Assembly: GCA_003565945.1 (NCBI GenBank)
Contig: PXAH01000021.1
Location: forward strand, 1-48,346
Origin: Candidatus Omnitrophota bacterium
GTDB taxonomy: Bacteria; Omnitrophota; Gorgyraeia; Duberdicusellales; 4484-171
Length of the DNA stretch: 48,346 nt
Direction of reading: 5' to 3'
Part shown: positions 1 through 8,732 of the stretch, in pieces
Numbering within the stretch: the first letter of the stretch is position 1
Layout of the letters: the number at the start of each line of letters is the position of its first letter
Position numbers and translations under genes: made by a program
Notes under the pieces: model-generated
Told to the model about the DNA's origin: nothing
Databases searched by the model: none
The model's input: only the letters and a program-made list of their open reading frames with translations

Positions 1-2
1 GC

Positions 3-299
3 CAAAAAAAGGGGCTTTCTCAGTTAATTTCAGAAATCGATACAGAAGTTGGTGTATCTAAGCTGAAATTAATCCATCTCAATGATACTGAAGTTGAGCT
101 TGGTTCACGCCTTGATAGGCACTTTCATATTGGAAGGGGCAAAATAGGTGAGGATGGTTTTAGGCTTATATTAAACCATCCTAAATTACGGCAACTTCCC
201 TTTATAATGGAAACACCAAAGAAGGTAAAAGATGATGATCGAAAAAATTTAGAAATGGCAAAAAACCTTTTTAACGATGGCGTATACAAAAGAAATTGA
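3..299 (+). CDS. nfo: endonuclease IV (AP endonuclease family 2), C-terminal fragment; 5' end lies outside the window
   Basis: My own frame-3 translation reads ...KLIHLNDTEVELGSRLDRHFHIGRGKIGEDGFRLILNHPKLRQLPFIMETP..., which carries the HLND and DRH..IG.G.IG metal-site motifs of Nfo. TGA at 297-299. Overlaps the leuS start by 23 nt. Confidence 0.85.
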   Translation, partial: QKKGLSQLISEIDTEVGVSKLKLIHLNDTEVELGSRLDRHFHIGRGKIGEDGFRLILNHPKLRQLPFIMETPKKVKDDDRKNLEMAKNLFNDGVYKRN

Positions 300-2733
300 C
301 AAGAAATGGCAGCGTATCTGGCAGGATAGCAATGCTTTCCGGGTCCGCGTTAAGGACTTAAAGCGGCCCAAGTATTATTGTTTAGTGATGTTCCCTTACC
401 CGTCAAGTGAACTTCATGTGGGCCATGGGAGAAATTACATAATAGGGGATGCTGTGGCTCGCTACAAGAGGATGAGAGGCTATTATGTTCTTAGCCCCAT
501 GGGTTGGGATGCTTTTGGGCTGCCGGCTGAAAACCAGGCGATTAAAAATAATATACATCCGCGGGAGTGGACTTTAAGAAATATAAAGAAAATAACCTCT
601 CAGCTTAAAAGCTGGGGAATGAGTTATGATTGGGAAAGAGAAATTACTACTTGCTTTCCGGAATATTATCGCTGGACCCAATGGCTTTTTTTGCAACTAT
701 ATAAAAAAGGCCTTGCTTACCGTAAAGAAGCACCGGTCAACTGGTGCCGTTCCTGCCAAACGGTTTTAGCTAACGAACAAGTAGTTGAAGGAAAATGTGA
801 GCGCTGCTCTACCGAAGTTTTGCTTAAAAATCTTAAGCAATGGTTTTTCAAAATAACCGACTACTCTCAACGCTTGCTTGATGATTTGGGAAAATTAAAA
901 AATTGGCCGGAAAGAGTCCGTCTTATGCAGGAAAATTGGATAGGCAGATCGATAGGGGTAAGTATAAAGTTTCCAGTAGATGGCCTTTCGCAAGAGATAG
1001 ATTGTTTTACAACTCGTCCTGACACTATTTTTGGTGCTACTTTTTTAGCCTTAAACTTTCAGCATCCGGCGGTATCTCGGATAATTGATGATTCACTCCA
1101 AAAAGAAGCAATTTTAGATTTTATAGAGGAGGTAAAGAAAGAAGAACCCCTTTTATCCTATAATGCTGATTTTGAAAAAAAAGGGATATTTACCGGAAAA
1201 TATGCTGTGAATCCGATGACCGGCAAGAAAATACCTATTTGGGTAGCCAACTATATACTTTCCGGTTACGGTACCGGGGCAATTATGTGTGTTCCGGCTC
1301 ATGATAGCCGGGATTTTGATTTTGCCAAAAAATACGGCCTGGATATATCGCCGGTAATAGAAGATCCAAATCAAGAACAAGGCACTTTCGAGCAACTAAG
1401 CCAAGCTTACCAAGGCCAGGGAAAATTAATCAATTCTGATGATTTTAATGGCTTAGATTCAGAAGCGGCAAAAGAAAAAATTAGTGATTTTATGGAAACT
1501 AAAGGCATTGGGATCCGTCAGATTAATTTCCGGCTTAGGGATTGGCTGGTATCCCGGCAAAGGTATTGGGGTGCTCCTATTCCTATTGTTTACTGCCCTG
1601 ATTGCGGTGAAGTTGCTCTTGATGAGGGTGATTTACCGGTTTTGCTTCCGGAGGCTGATAAGTTTCTTCCTACCGGCAGGTCTCCGTTGGCTGATAATGA
1701 AGATTTTATTCATATAAACTGTCCAAAATGCGGTAAAGAGGCACAGAGGGAAACAGACACAATGGATACCTTTGTTGATTCCAGCTGGTATTATCTGCGC
1801 TATATTTCGCCCGCTAATAATCAGGTTGCTTTTGACAGTCAGGATGTGAATAGATGGCTACCGGTTGATCAATATATAGGCGGAGTAGAACATGCTATTT
1901 TACACCTTCTTTATTCACGATTTATAACCAAATTTTTAGCTGATCAAAAAATAATTGATTTCGATGAGCCATTTGAGAGGCTTTTTACTCAAGGGATGAT
2001 TGTAAAAGATGGTGCTAAGATGTCTAAGTCAAAAGGCAACGTAGTGGCGCCTGACTATATTATTGATAAATACGGTGCGGACACTATGCGCTTGTATATA
2101 TTGTTTATCGGGCCGCCGCAAAAAGAAGCTATTTGGCAGGATGAAGCTCTCCAGGGGAGCCGCCGCTTTCTTCAGAGGTCTTTGAGGTTAATTGATATGC
2201 TGAAAAGCTTGAGAGAACAATCTTTGGAAGATTTAAGTTCTTCTGCCGAAAAGCAACTTCTGCGGAAAATCCATTTAACCATACATGAGGTTACCAAAGA
2301 TTTAGAGGGCGATTTTCAATTTAATACCGCGATAAGCAGGATTATGGAGCTGGTAAATCAAACCTACAAATCGGTTTCGGTGGGGATAAGTAAAAATACC
2401 TTTTTCCAGGCGGTGGATACAGTTTTTTTATTACTCTCACCCTTTACTCCTCATGTAAGTGAGGAAGCAAATAGCCTCTTAGGCAATAAAGAGAGTATTT
2501 TCGACCGCAGTTGGCCTGAAGCTAAGCCTGAATTCTTGAAAAAGGAAGAAGTTGAAATAGGTGTATTGGTAAACGGAAAAATAAAAGAAAAGATGAAAAT
2601 AAGCCTTAATTGCCCGAAAGAAGAAGTAGAAAAAAACGCTCTATCTCTTCCCAAAATAGAAAAAATTATTTCGGAAAATTCTCCCAAAAAGGTTATTTAT
2701 GTAAAGGGGAAAATTGTAAATATTGTAATTTGA
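277..2733 (+). CDS. leuS: leucyl-tRNA synthetase
   Basis: 818 aa. HIGH-type motif (ELHVGHGRNY), KMSKS motif (GAKMSKSKGN) and CP1 editing-domain sequence typical of bacterial LeuRS. Confidence 0.97.
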   Translation: MAYTKEIDKKWQRIWQDSNAFRVRVKDLKRPKYYCLVMFPYPSSELHVGHGRNYIIGDAVARYKRMRGYYVLSPMGWDAFGLPAENQAIKNNIHPREWTLRNIKKITSQLKSWGMSYDWEREITTCFPEYYRWTQWLFLQLYKKGLAYRKEAPVNWCRSCQTVLANEQVVEGKCERCSTEVLLKNLKQWFFKITDYSQRLLDDLGKLKNWPERVRLMQENWIGRSIGVSIKFPVDGLSQEIDCFTTRPDTIFGATFLALNFQHPAVSRIIDDSLQKEAILDFIEEVKKEEPLLSYNADFEKKGIFTGKYAVNPMTGKKIPIWVANYILSGYGTGAIMCVPAHDSRDFDFAKKYGLDISPVIEDPNQEQGTFEQLSQAYQGQGKLINSDDFNGLDSEAAKEKISDFMETKGIGIRQINFRLRDWLVSRQRYWGAPIPIVYCPDCGEVALDEGDLPVLLPEADKFLPTGRSPLADNEDFIHINCPKCGKEAQRETDTMDTFVDSSWYYLRYISPANNQVAFDSQDVNRWLPVDQYIGGVEHAILHLLYSRFITKFLADQKIIDFDEPFERLFTQGMIVKDGAKMSKSKGNVVAPDYIIDKYGADTMRLYILFIGPPQKEAIWQDEALQGSRRFLQRSLRLIDMLKSLREQSLEDLSSSAEKQLLRKIHLTIHEVTKDLEGDFQFNTAISRIMELVNQTYKSVSVGISKNTFFQAVDTVFLLLSPFTPHVSEEANSLLGNKESIFDRSWPEAKPEFLKKEEVEIGVLVNGKIKEKMKISLNCPKEEVEKNALSLPKIEKIISENSPKKVIYVKGKIVNIVI

Positions 2734-2739
2734 TTTTCA

Positions 2740-3072
2740 ATGCTTTCCTTTAGCCCACCCGAGAGAAAGACATTAATTTTTATAGTTTTTCTTATTTTTT
2801 TAGGAACATTAATCAGGTATTATAATCTTGAAGTGGAAAATGTTCTTGTTTCTTCTTCTGAAGTTACCGCGGAAGAGCCTTTGTTGGTTAATGTAAATGA
2901 GGCTGGAGCTGTCTGTTTAGAAAAAATTCCGGGAATAGGCCCGGTTCTTGCCCGGCGGATAATTGAATACAGAGTAAAGCATCAGTCATTTGAGAAAGTG
3001 AGAGATTTAAAAAAGGTAAATGGAATTGGCCAATATAAAGCAGAAACAATGAGCAGGTATATTGAATTTTAG
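2740..3072 (+). CDS. comEA: ComEA-like helix-hairpin-helix DNA-binding protein with an N-terminal TM anchor
   Basis: 110 aa. Hydrophobic N-terminus, then VNVNEAGAVCLEKIPGIGPVLARRIIEYR....F..V.DL.KV.GIG (tandem HhH). Lies directly upstream of comEC. Confidence 0.75.
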   Translation: MLSFSPPERKTLIFIVFLIFLGTLIRYYNLEVENVLVSSSEVTAEEPLLVNVNEAGAVCLEKIPGIGPVLARRIIEYRVKHQSFEKVRDLKKVNGIGQYKAETMSRYIEF

Positions 3073-4510
3073 GTTCATTTTGAGGATGAGCGGGAGCAAG
3101 CGGGGCTTGGATCGTTATTTTAACTTTTTAGTTTTTATTTTACTTTTATCCGGCATATTCGCGGGCAACTTGATTCCTTCATACTCCTTTTTTTCTTTTT
3201 TCTTTATTCTTGCCTTTTGCTTGGTTTGTCTTTCTGTAAAGACAAGAAAAATCTTATATATACCTTCAATTTCTTTTTTAATTGTTTGCTTGGGGGCCTT
3301 GCTTTTTATATCCTCGGGTTCAGTAGATAAAGATAATTTTTTAGAGGGTAAACCAGAATTTAAAATAAAAGTTACTTCCTTGCTTAGGCAGAATCCTACT
3401 AGAAATACATTTTCGGCGTTAATTCTCGAAGCCGGAGGGTATAGGCAAAACTTTAAAGTAAGGGTTTTTGATTACTCTAAAAAGTTAACCTATTTAAATA
3501 AATATAACCTTAACGCTAATTTAAGCAAAAGGGCCTATAGAGGCCGTATTTTTTATAATCTTTGGATAGCGAAAGATACCCAAATCAAAGAAATTCCTTT
3601 ATCATTTTGGGAAAGGTCAATCCAGAAAGTTAATCATTATTGCTTGGGAGTTTTTAGGGATAATTGTGGGCAGGCAGCTAAGAATTTTTTGGCGGCGGTG
3701 TTTTTGGGCCGAAGAGAACTTTTGGGAGAGGAACAGGTATTTATGCGTAAGGCCGGCCTTGCGCATCTTTTAGCGATCAGCGGCCTTCATATTGGATTAA
3801 TTTCTTTGATTCTATTTTATTTTTTAAGGTTTTTCGGCCTTAATTTCAAAACTAGCCTTTTAGTTTCTTCTTTTTTTCTTATTTTTTACGCGGCTGCTAC
3901 CGGTATGAGAGCTTCTGTCCAGAGGGCGGCACTTATGTATCTTATTTTTGTTTTTGGTTTTTTGATTAAAAGAAAACAGGATGTTTTAAATTCTTTGGGC
4001 CTTGCGGGTGTTATTCTTTTGCTTTTTGCTCCTTCCTTAGCTTTTGATTTAGGATTTCAGCTTTCTTTTTTAGCAGTTTTTGGTATTATTGCCGGTTTTA
4101 AAGTTTTTCCTTACAGAAGCCATCGAAATTTTTTTATAAACAGCATAAAACAACTTTTTTTATCTTCTTTTTTTGTTTTTGTTTTTATTTTTCCCCTGAT
4201 TTCCTATCATTTTTCTAGAATCCATCTTTTTGGCCCTTTTTATAATCTTATTTTAATTCCTTTTTTTACTTTAATCCTTTTTTTGAATTTTTTTCTGATT
4301 ATTTTATCACCTTTTGCTTTTTTAGCTCAAGGCCTGGGCCAGGTGTTGTCATGGCTCATTTTTCTTTTTCAGAGGAGTACTGTTTTTTTGGGATCCCTTC
4401 CTATTTCCTATTTCTCTTATTCATTTACTTTAGGAGGAGCATTGGTTTATTATTTTTTTCTTTTTGTAGTTCTAACTATTTTTTCGCTTACGAGGTGGAA
4501 AAGGATGTAG
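3062..4510 (+). CDS. comEC: ComEC/Rec2 family competence membrane channel (no C-terminal beta-lactamase-fold domain)
   Basis: 482 aa polytopic membrane protein with the competence-domain motif GLAHLLAISGLHIGL. Overlaps comEA by 11 nt. The start could instead be the internal ATG at 3086. Confidence 0.8.
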   Translation: MNFRFILRMSGSKRGLDRYFNFLVFILLLSGIFAGNLIPSYSFFSFFFILAFCLVCLSVKTRKILYIPSISFLIVCLGALLFISSGSVDKDNFLEGKPEFKIKVTSLLRQNPTRNTFSALILEAGGYRQNFKVRVFDYSKKLTYLNKYNLNANLSKRAYRGRIFYNLWIAKDTQIKEIPLSFWERSIQKVNHYCLGVFRDNCGQAAKNFLAAVFLGRRELLGEEQVFMRKAGLAHLLAISGLHIGLISLILFYFLRFFGLNFKTSLLVSSFFLIFYAAATGMRASVQRAALMYLIFVFGFLIKRKQDVLNSLGLAGVILLLFAPSLAFDLGFQLSFLAVFGIIAGFKVFPYRSHRNFFINSIKQLFLSSFFVFVFIFPLISYHFSRIHLFGPFYNLILIPFFTLILFLNFFLIILSPFAFLAQGLGQVLSWLIFLFQRSTVFLGSLPISYFSYSFTLGGALVYYFFLFVVLTIFSLTRWKRM

Positions 4511-4524
4511 TAGTTACGCGGATT

Positions 4525-4566
4525 CTACCGTGAACTGTATTGCTATCACAACACAGTTCACGGTAG
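4525..4566. repeat. long inverted repeat (hairpin) just after comEC
   Basis: CTACCGTGAACTGT (4525-4538) is the perfect reverse complement of ACAGTTCACGGTAG (4553-4566). The stem extends by 3 more bp after one mismatch. No T-tract follows. Confidence 0.9.
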
Positions 4567-4570
4567 CTCT

Positions 4571-4604
4571 GAACCGTGATTTTGCGAAGCAAAATCTCTG
4601 GTTC
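4571..4604. repeat. second nested hairpin that reuses the CCGTGAAC/GTTCACGG core
   Basis: GATTTTGC (4578-4585) pairs with GCAAAATC (4589-4596) around a GAA loop. The outer pair is GAACC (4571-4575) with GGTTC (4600-4604). Confidence 0.85.
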
Positions 4605-4660
4605 ACGGGCTGGCATGGGGCTGGGTCAAAGCTGTGATTTCTATAGCTCTGCGGTTCTGA

Positions 4661-4689
4661 TTGACAAAAATGACCTGTTCTGATATATT
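4661..4689 (+). promoter_or_regulatory. sigma70-like promoter (TTGACA-N17-TATATT) ending 6 nt before the ATG at 4696
   Basis: TTGACA at 4661-4666, a 17-nt spacer, TATATT at 4684-4689. No SD lies between the -10 and the start codon. Confidence 0.55.
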
Positions 4690-4695
4690 CAGCTT

Positions 4696-5634
4696 ATGAG
4701 AAAAACTATTTGTTTCCTTTTTTTTACTTTTGTTTGCCTGCAAGCCTATCCTTTTTGGATTTGGTCTCCCAAAACCCAGGAGTGGAAAAATCCTAAACAT
4801 TCAGCTTTAGCTACGCCTACCCTTCAGTATCAGCAAGCGGTTGAGTTTTTTGAAATAGGGGAGTTTAAGCGGGCTCATGATGAGTTTAACAAGCTTTTGG
4901 TTAATTATCCTGATTCGCGGGAAGCGCCGGAAGCACAGTATTACCTGGGAAGAAGCTTAGAAGAGTTGGATAAGCCCTATCAAGCCTACTTGGCATACCA
5001 GAAAATTATCCAAAGCTATCCTAATAGCGTTCGAATTGGTGAAGCAATCGAGCGGCAATATAATATTGGTGAATATTTTCTGAAAAGAGAGCCGTGGAAA
5101 GTTTTTGGTATTTCAATCTATGATTTTGTTGAACATCCATCTATTCGTATTTTCAAAAGCATAGTAGAGGAATCTCCTTATTCTGATTACGCTGTACGGG
5201 CCCAGTATAAATTGGGGATGATTTTTCTTGAATTAGGGCATTTTGAGAAAGCTCGTCTTGCTTTTCAAAAAGTTTTAGATAATTACCCGGAAAGCCGTTG
5301 GGCTGAGCCGGCAAAGTATCAGGCAGCATTGGCTACAGCAAAGGTTTTTCCCGGTGCTGATTATGATTCTCGTTATTTAGAGAGTGCGTCTGAAAAATTA
5401 GATCAGTTTATACAGGCGCATCCGGAAGCACAAATATCAGAAGAAGCGCGGGGGCAATTAGCTCAATTAAGAAATAAGGAAGCTGAAAAAATATTCGAAA
5501 CCGCGGAATTTTATCTGAGACGAAACCGGCCCGAAAGCGCAAGGGTTTATCTTAGCAGAATTATTAATCAATTTTCTGATACAGAATATTATCAAAAAGC
5601 CAAGGAGAAAATCGCAATCATAGAATCTCCTTAA
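4696..5634 (+). CDS. bamD: BamD/YfiO-like TPR outer-membrane assembly protein
   Basis: 312 aa. N-terminal signal-like segment, TPR-like repeats with recurrent ..YP.S..A..A.Y.LG.. units, and a C-terminal A.FY....R..SA..Y segment as in BamD. Confidence 0.6.
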   Translation: MRKTICFLFFTFVCLQAYPFWIWSPKTQEWKNPKHSALATPTLQYQQAVEFFEIGEFKRAHDEFNKLLVNYPDSREAPEAQYYLGRSLEELDKPYQAYLAYQKIIQSYPNSVRIGEAIERQYNIGEYFLKREPWKVFGISIYDFVEHPSIRIFKSIVEESPYSDYAVRAQYKLGMIFLELGHFEKARLAFQKVLDNYPESRWAEPAKYQAALATAKVFPGADYDSRYLESASEKLDQFIQAHPEAQISEEARGQLAQLRNKEAEKIFETAEFYLRRNRPESARVYLSRIINQFSDTEYYQKAKEKIAIIESP

Positions 5635-5641
5635 ATAAAAA

Positions 5642-6160
5642 ATGCTTTTTAAATTACTGCTAATTTCTATATTCTTCTTATCCGGTTGCGGATACACTAC
5701 CCGAGGTTACCAATTTAAAGAAAGCAAAATAAGAGTAAAACCGGTAGTTAATCAAATAAGGGTTGCCCGGGAAGCGCGTAGGTATTCTGATTATACTTCT
5801 TATCCGATTTTAATCGAAGAGCGGTTGACTAACGGATTAGTCGCGGAATTCAATATTGGAAGTGACTTAGAAGTAGTAAGCCAGTTGAACGACGCCCTGG
5901 AACTAGAGTGTGTAATAACCGATTATAGGCGTCAAACTCTCAGCTATACGGACAGTGATGATCCTAAAGAGCAAAGGCTGCGCTTGCGGGTTAAAATGAA
6001 ATTAACTGATTCAGAAGGAGCCGTGGTTTTAGAGAGAGATGTTGTTGGCCAGGCTACTTTTGATTTAACTGATGCGGCAGATAGTGAGACAGCTGCTCAA
6101 AATGATCTAGTTGAAGATACGGCTCGCAGAATCAGAGAAGCAGTTGTTGAGCTATGGTAG
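5642..6160 (+). CDS. lptE: LptE-like lipoprotein
   Basis: 172 aa. Lipobox FLSGCGY followed by TTRGY, as in LptE N-termini. Sits between leuS and a holA-like gene, which mirrors the E. coli leuS-lptE-holA order. Confidence 0.55.
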   Translation: MLFKLLLISIFFLSGCGYTTRGYQFKESKIRVKPVVNQIRVAREARRYSDYTSYPILIEERLTNGLVAEFNIGSDLEVVSQLNDALELECVITDYRRQTLSYTDSDDPKEQRLRLRVKMKLTDSEGAVVLERDVVGQATFDLTDAADSETAAQNDLVEDTARRIREAVVELW

Positions 6161-6849
6161 TCCAGCCAGGGAATATTTATTTAGTTACAGGCGGGACCGT
6201 TTTCCAGCGCCGCAAAACCATAGATAAGATAAAAAGAACAATACTTAAGGGAAAAAGTTCCGAGCTGAGCTTTACAACCTTACACGCCGAAGATTTAATC
6301 AGCGATTCTTTAAAAAATTCCGCATTAACCTTTTCGTTTGATAAAACAAAGATAATTTTAGTTAAAGGTTTTACTAGCTTAAAAAAGGCTAATAAAAATT
6401 TTCTTTTAAATAACCTGCCTAAAATATTGCGTTTTAGCCACTTAATCTTTGAGTCAGATCTGCCTTATTCTTTCCTTAAAGGAAACAAAAAACTGGTTTC
6501 TGATCCTTTTTTTCAAACTATTTTTGCTAAAAGCACTAAATATGAAGGTAAGGCGGTGGATTCGGGAGAGTCCAGTATTGATCTTTTTTGCCGGAAATTA
6601 TACCGCAACAACCTAAAGGAGTGTTTGTTTATTGCTGAAGAGCTTTTAAGCGTTAAAAGTAAAGAAAAAATAGTTGCGACTCAAATAATGGGAATCCTCA
6701 TAAATAAGTGTACACGTTCAGGCGGCCAAAACAAACAAAGATCCTTAGGGATGCTTTGGGATGCGGACCGCGCCTTAAAGGAAACTAATATTGACGCGCG
6801 CCTTTTGATTGAAAGACTACTTGTAGGCTTAGAGCTGTTAAAGCTTTGA
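6154..6849 (+). CDS. holA: DNA polymerase III delta subunit-like protein (short)
   Basis: 231 aa. N-terminus IYLVTGG..F...K.I..I and the position after lptE support the call. It is shorter than canonical HolA, so the call is tentative. Confidence 0.45.
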   Translation: MVVQPGNIYLVTGGTVFQRRKTIDKIKRTILKGKSSELSFTTLHAEDLISDSLKNSALTFSFDKTKIILVKGFTSLKKANKNFLLNNLPKILRFSHLIFESDLPYSFLKGNKKLVSDPFFQTIFAKSTKYEGKAVDSGESSIDLFCRKLYRNNLKECLFIAEELLSVKSKEKIVATQIMGILINKCTRSGGQNKQRSLGMLWDADRALKETNIDARLLIERLLVGLELLKL

Positions 6850-6850
6850 T

Positions 6851-7129
6851 TTAACTGGCTTTATCGTCTTTTTTTTGCTTCAGGCGGTGGGCAAGCCGGC
6901 TTTTTTTTCGGGCTGCCTTGTTGGGATGGATCATTTTTTTAGTTGCAGCTTTATCGAGGGCTTTATAAGCCTTTCGTAAAGTTTTTTCTTGGGAATCAGA
7001 GTTGCCGTTTTCTAAAGATTTTTTAAAGTCTTTAAGGGCTGATTTGATTTCCCTTTTCGTTTTAAGGTTTCTTTGACGCCTTGTTTGGTTTTGCCTGAGT
7101 GCTTTTTCAGCTGCTTTTCGTTGTGGCAT
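6851..7129 (-). CDS. rpsT: 30S ribosomal protein S20
   Basis: 92 aa, basic. MPQRKAAEKALRQNQTRRQRN...KA.D.AA.K..IH.N.AAR.KSRL is typical of S20. Confidence 0.92.
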   Translation of the reverse strand: MPQRKAAEKALRQNQTRRQRNLKTKREIKSALKDFKKSLENGNSDSQEKTLRKAYKALDKAATKKMIHPNKAARKKSRLAHRLKQKKDDKAS

Positions 7130-7199
7130 GTTGCCTCCTTCCTTAAGATGTGATGATTTTATAGAAAAGCGGGGGAGCTGTCAAGTATTATTTCTGAAA

Positions 7200-8732
7200 A
7201 TGCATAAACAAATTGCTAAAAATACAAGTGTAATGGGGGCAGGGACCTTGCTTTCCCGGATTTTTGGGTTTATTCGGGATATTTTGATGGCTAGTTTTTT
7301 TGGTACCTCTGCCGGCCTGGAAGCTTTTATCGTAGCTTTTAAGATACCAAATCTTTTCCGCAGTGTTTTCGCAGAGGGGTTTTCTGACTCTGTTGCTACA
7401 CCACTTCTTTCTTCTTACCGCAAAGAAAAAGATAAGATGCTTTCAATTGGCCAGGATTTAATATGTGTACTTACTTTTTTGCTTTTATTTTTTACTTTAG
7501 CTGGTATTTTAACTTCCCGGTATCTAGTAGCAGCCGTAGCGCCCGGCTTTATCGCTGATTCTTACCGTTTTGGTTTAGCGGTTTCTTTTACCCGCCTTAC
7601 TTTCTTTTATTTGTTTTTAATCGGATTAGCTTCAAACCTTAATGCCTTGCTTTATGCCTACAAAAAGTTTTTTATTCCCGCTTTTTCACCTGTTTTCTTG
7701 AACCTTTCTTTTATCGCCGGTATTTTGATTTTTGCTAATATTCTGGGGGAAGGGGTGTTGGTTTATTCTGCCTTAGCCGGAGGAGTTTTGCAATTGCTTT
7801 TTTCTTTTTTTGCTCTCAGAAAAAGAAATTTCCGGCTTAAATTTAATCTAAAAGAATCATTGGCCAATCAACAGATAATAAAAATGTTTAAGCTTTTTGT
7901 CGGGAGGCTGTTTTCAAGCATTATCTATGAATTAAGTGTTATAGTTGATACAATATTTTCTTCGCTTTCCTTTATTGTGGGCCAAGGAGCTTTAGCGTCT
8001 ATTTATTACGCAAACCGGCTGATACAATTTCCTTTTGCCGTTGTCATTTTATCTTTATCGCGAGTGGTTATGGTTGATTTATCTGTTTATGCCAAAGAAG
8101 GCAAGATTGGTGAGTTTAAAAAGCTTTTAATTTTTTCCTTTCAGAACATTATTTTTTTTATTTTACCGGTATCGGTAGTTTTTTTATTTATTTCTACTCC
8201 GATAATTGAAATTGTTTTTGCCCGGGGGCAATTTTCTTTAGATGCTTTAAATTTAACTTCCTCAGCTTTATTTTTTTATTCTTTTGGCCTTTTTTTCTTT
8301 TGCGGGATAAAGCTGATGGTCAATTCTTTTTACGCGCTATCTGATACCAAAACACCCGCTAAGACCGCAGGGTTGGCGCTTTTAGCCAATATTTTATTAA
8401 GCGGTATCTTAATTTTTCCTTTACGAATTGGCGGGGTAGCTTTGGGCAGCAGCTTGGCGGCGGCGTTTAATTTTTTTCTTCTCTACTTTTTCTTGCGTAA
8501 AAAAGTGGGTGCGGTAGGTTTTAGCAAATTAAGAAGTTATTTTTTAAGAGTTTTTCTTCTTAGCTTGGTTTGGGGGGGGGTGGCCAACCGCCTTTGGCTG
8601 CTTGAAGCTAGCCCTTATTTAAAAATTTTAGTTATTGGAACCGCCGGTTTGGTTCTTTTGGGGTTGGGCGGTTATTTGTTGGGAATAAGGCAGGTTAGGT
8701 TATTTTGGCTATGGATATTAAAGAAGAAGTAA
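7200..8732 (+). CDS. murJ: lipid II flippase MurJ (MviN)
   Basis: MHKQIAKNT.VMG.GTLLSRIFGFIRD is the canonical MurJ N-terminus, followed by about 14 predicted TM segments. I prefer the ATG at 7200 over the track start at 7128, which abuts the divergent rpsT start. Confidence 0.9.
   Translation: MHKQIAKNTSVMGAGTLLSRIFGFIRDILMASFFGTSAGLEAFIVAFKIPNLFRSVFAEGFSDSVATPLLSSYRKEKDKMLSIGQDLICVLTFLLLFFTLAGILTSRYLVAAVAPGFIADSYRFGLAVSFTRLTFFYLFLIGLASNLNALLYAYKKFFIPAFSPVFLNLSFIAGILIFANILGEGVLVYSALAGGVLQLLFSFFALRKRNFRLKFNLKESLANQQIIKMFKLFVGRLFSSIIYELSVIVDTIFSSLSFIVGQGALASIYYANRLIQFPFAVVILSLSRVVMVDLSVYAKEGKIGEFKKLLIFSFQNIIFFILPVSVVFLFISTPIIEIVFARGQFSLDALNLTSSALFFYSFGLFFFCGIKLMVNSFYALSDTKTPAKTAGLALLANILLSGILIFPLRIGGVALGSSLAAAFNFFLLYFFLRKKVGAVGFSKLRSYFLRVFLLSLVWGGVANRLWLLEASPYLKILVIGTAGLVLLGLGGYLLGIRQVRLFWLWILKKK

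Noticed and set aside
1153-1395. Antisense or alternative-frame ORFs in the track: 1153-1395, 1484-1717, 2451-2687, 4351-4533, 4603-4800, 5467-5697, 15136-15330, 15171-15359, 15941-16264, 17071-17298, 20175-20369, 20329-20517, 20744-21001, 23167-23466, 23657-23848, 25531-25794, 26568-26837, 30895-31134, 31635-31892, 32402-32587, 32892-33098, 33572-33832, 34063-34308, 35498-35716, 36587-36811, 37171-37404, 37863-38054, 39204-39434 and 46599-46907.
   Set aside because: Each lies inside or opposite a gene with clear family motifs. They have low-complexity or atypical composition and no recognisable motifs, so they look like shadow ORFs.
7128-7199. Upstream start codons offered by the track for murJ (7128), the GT2 gene (20580), arfB (25023), fbaB (42245), DUF493 (43648), ispH (45290) and the polyprenyl synthase (48324).
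   Set aside because: The extensions run through promoters, hairpins, a terminator (43660-43700) or neighbouring genes. They precede the point where family-typical N-termini and SD or -10 signals begin.
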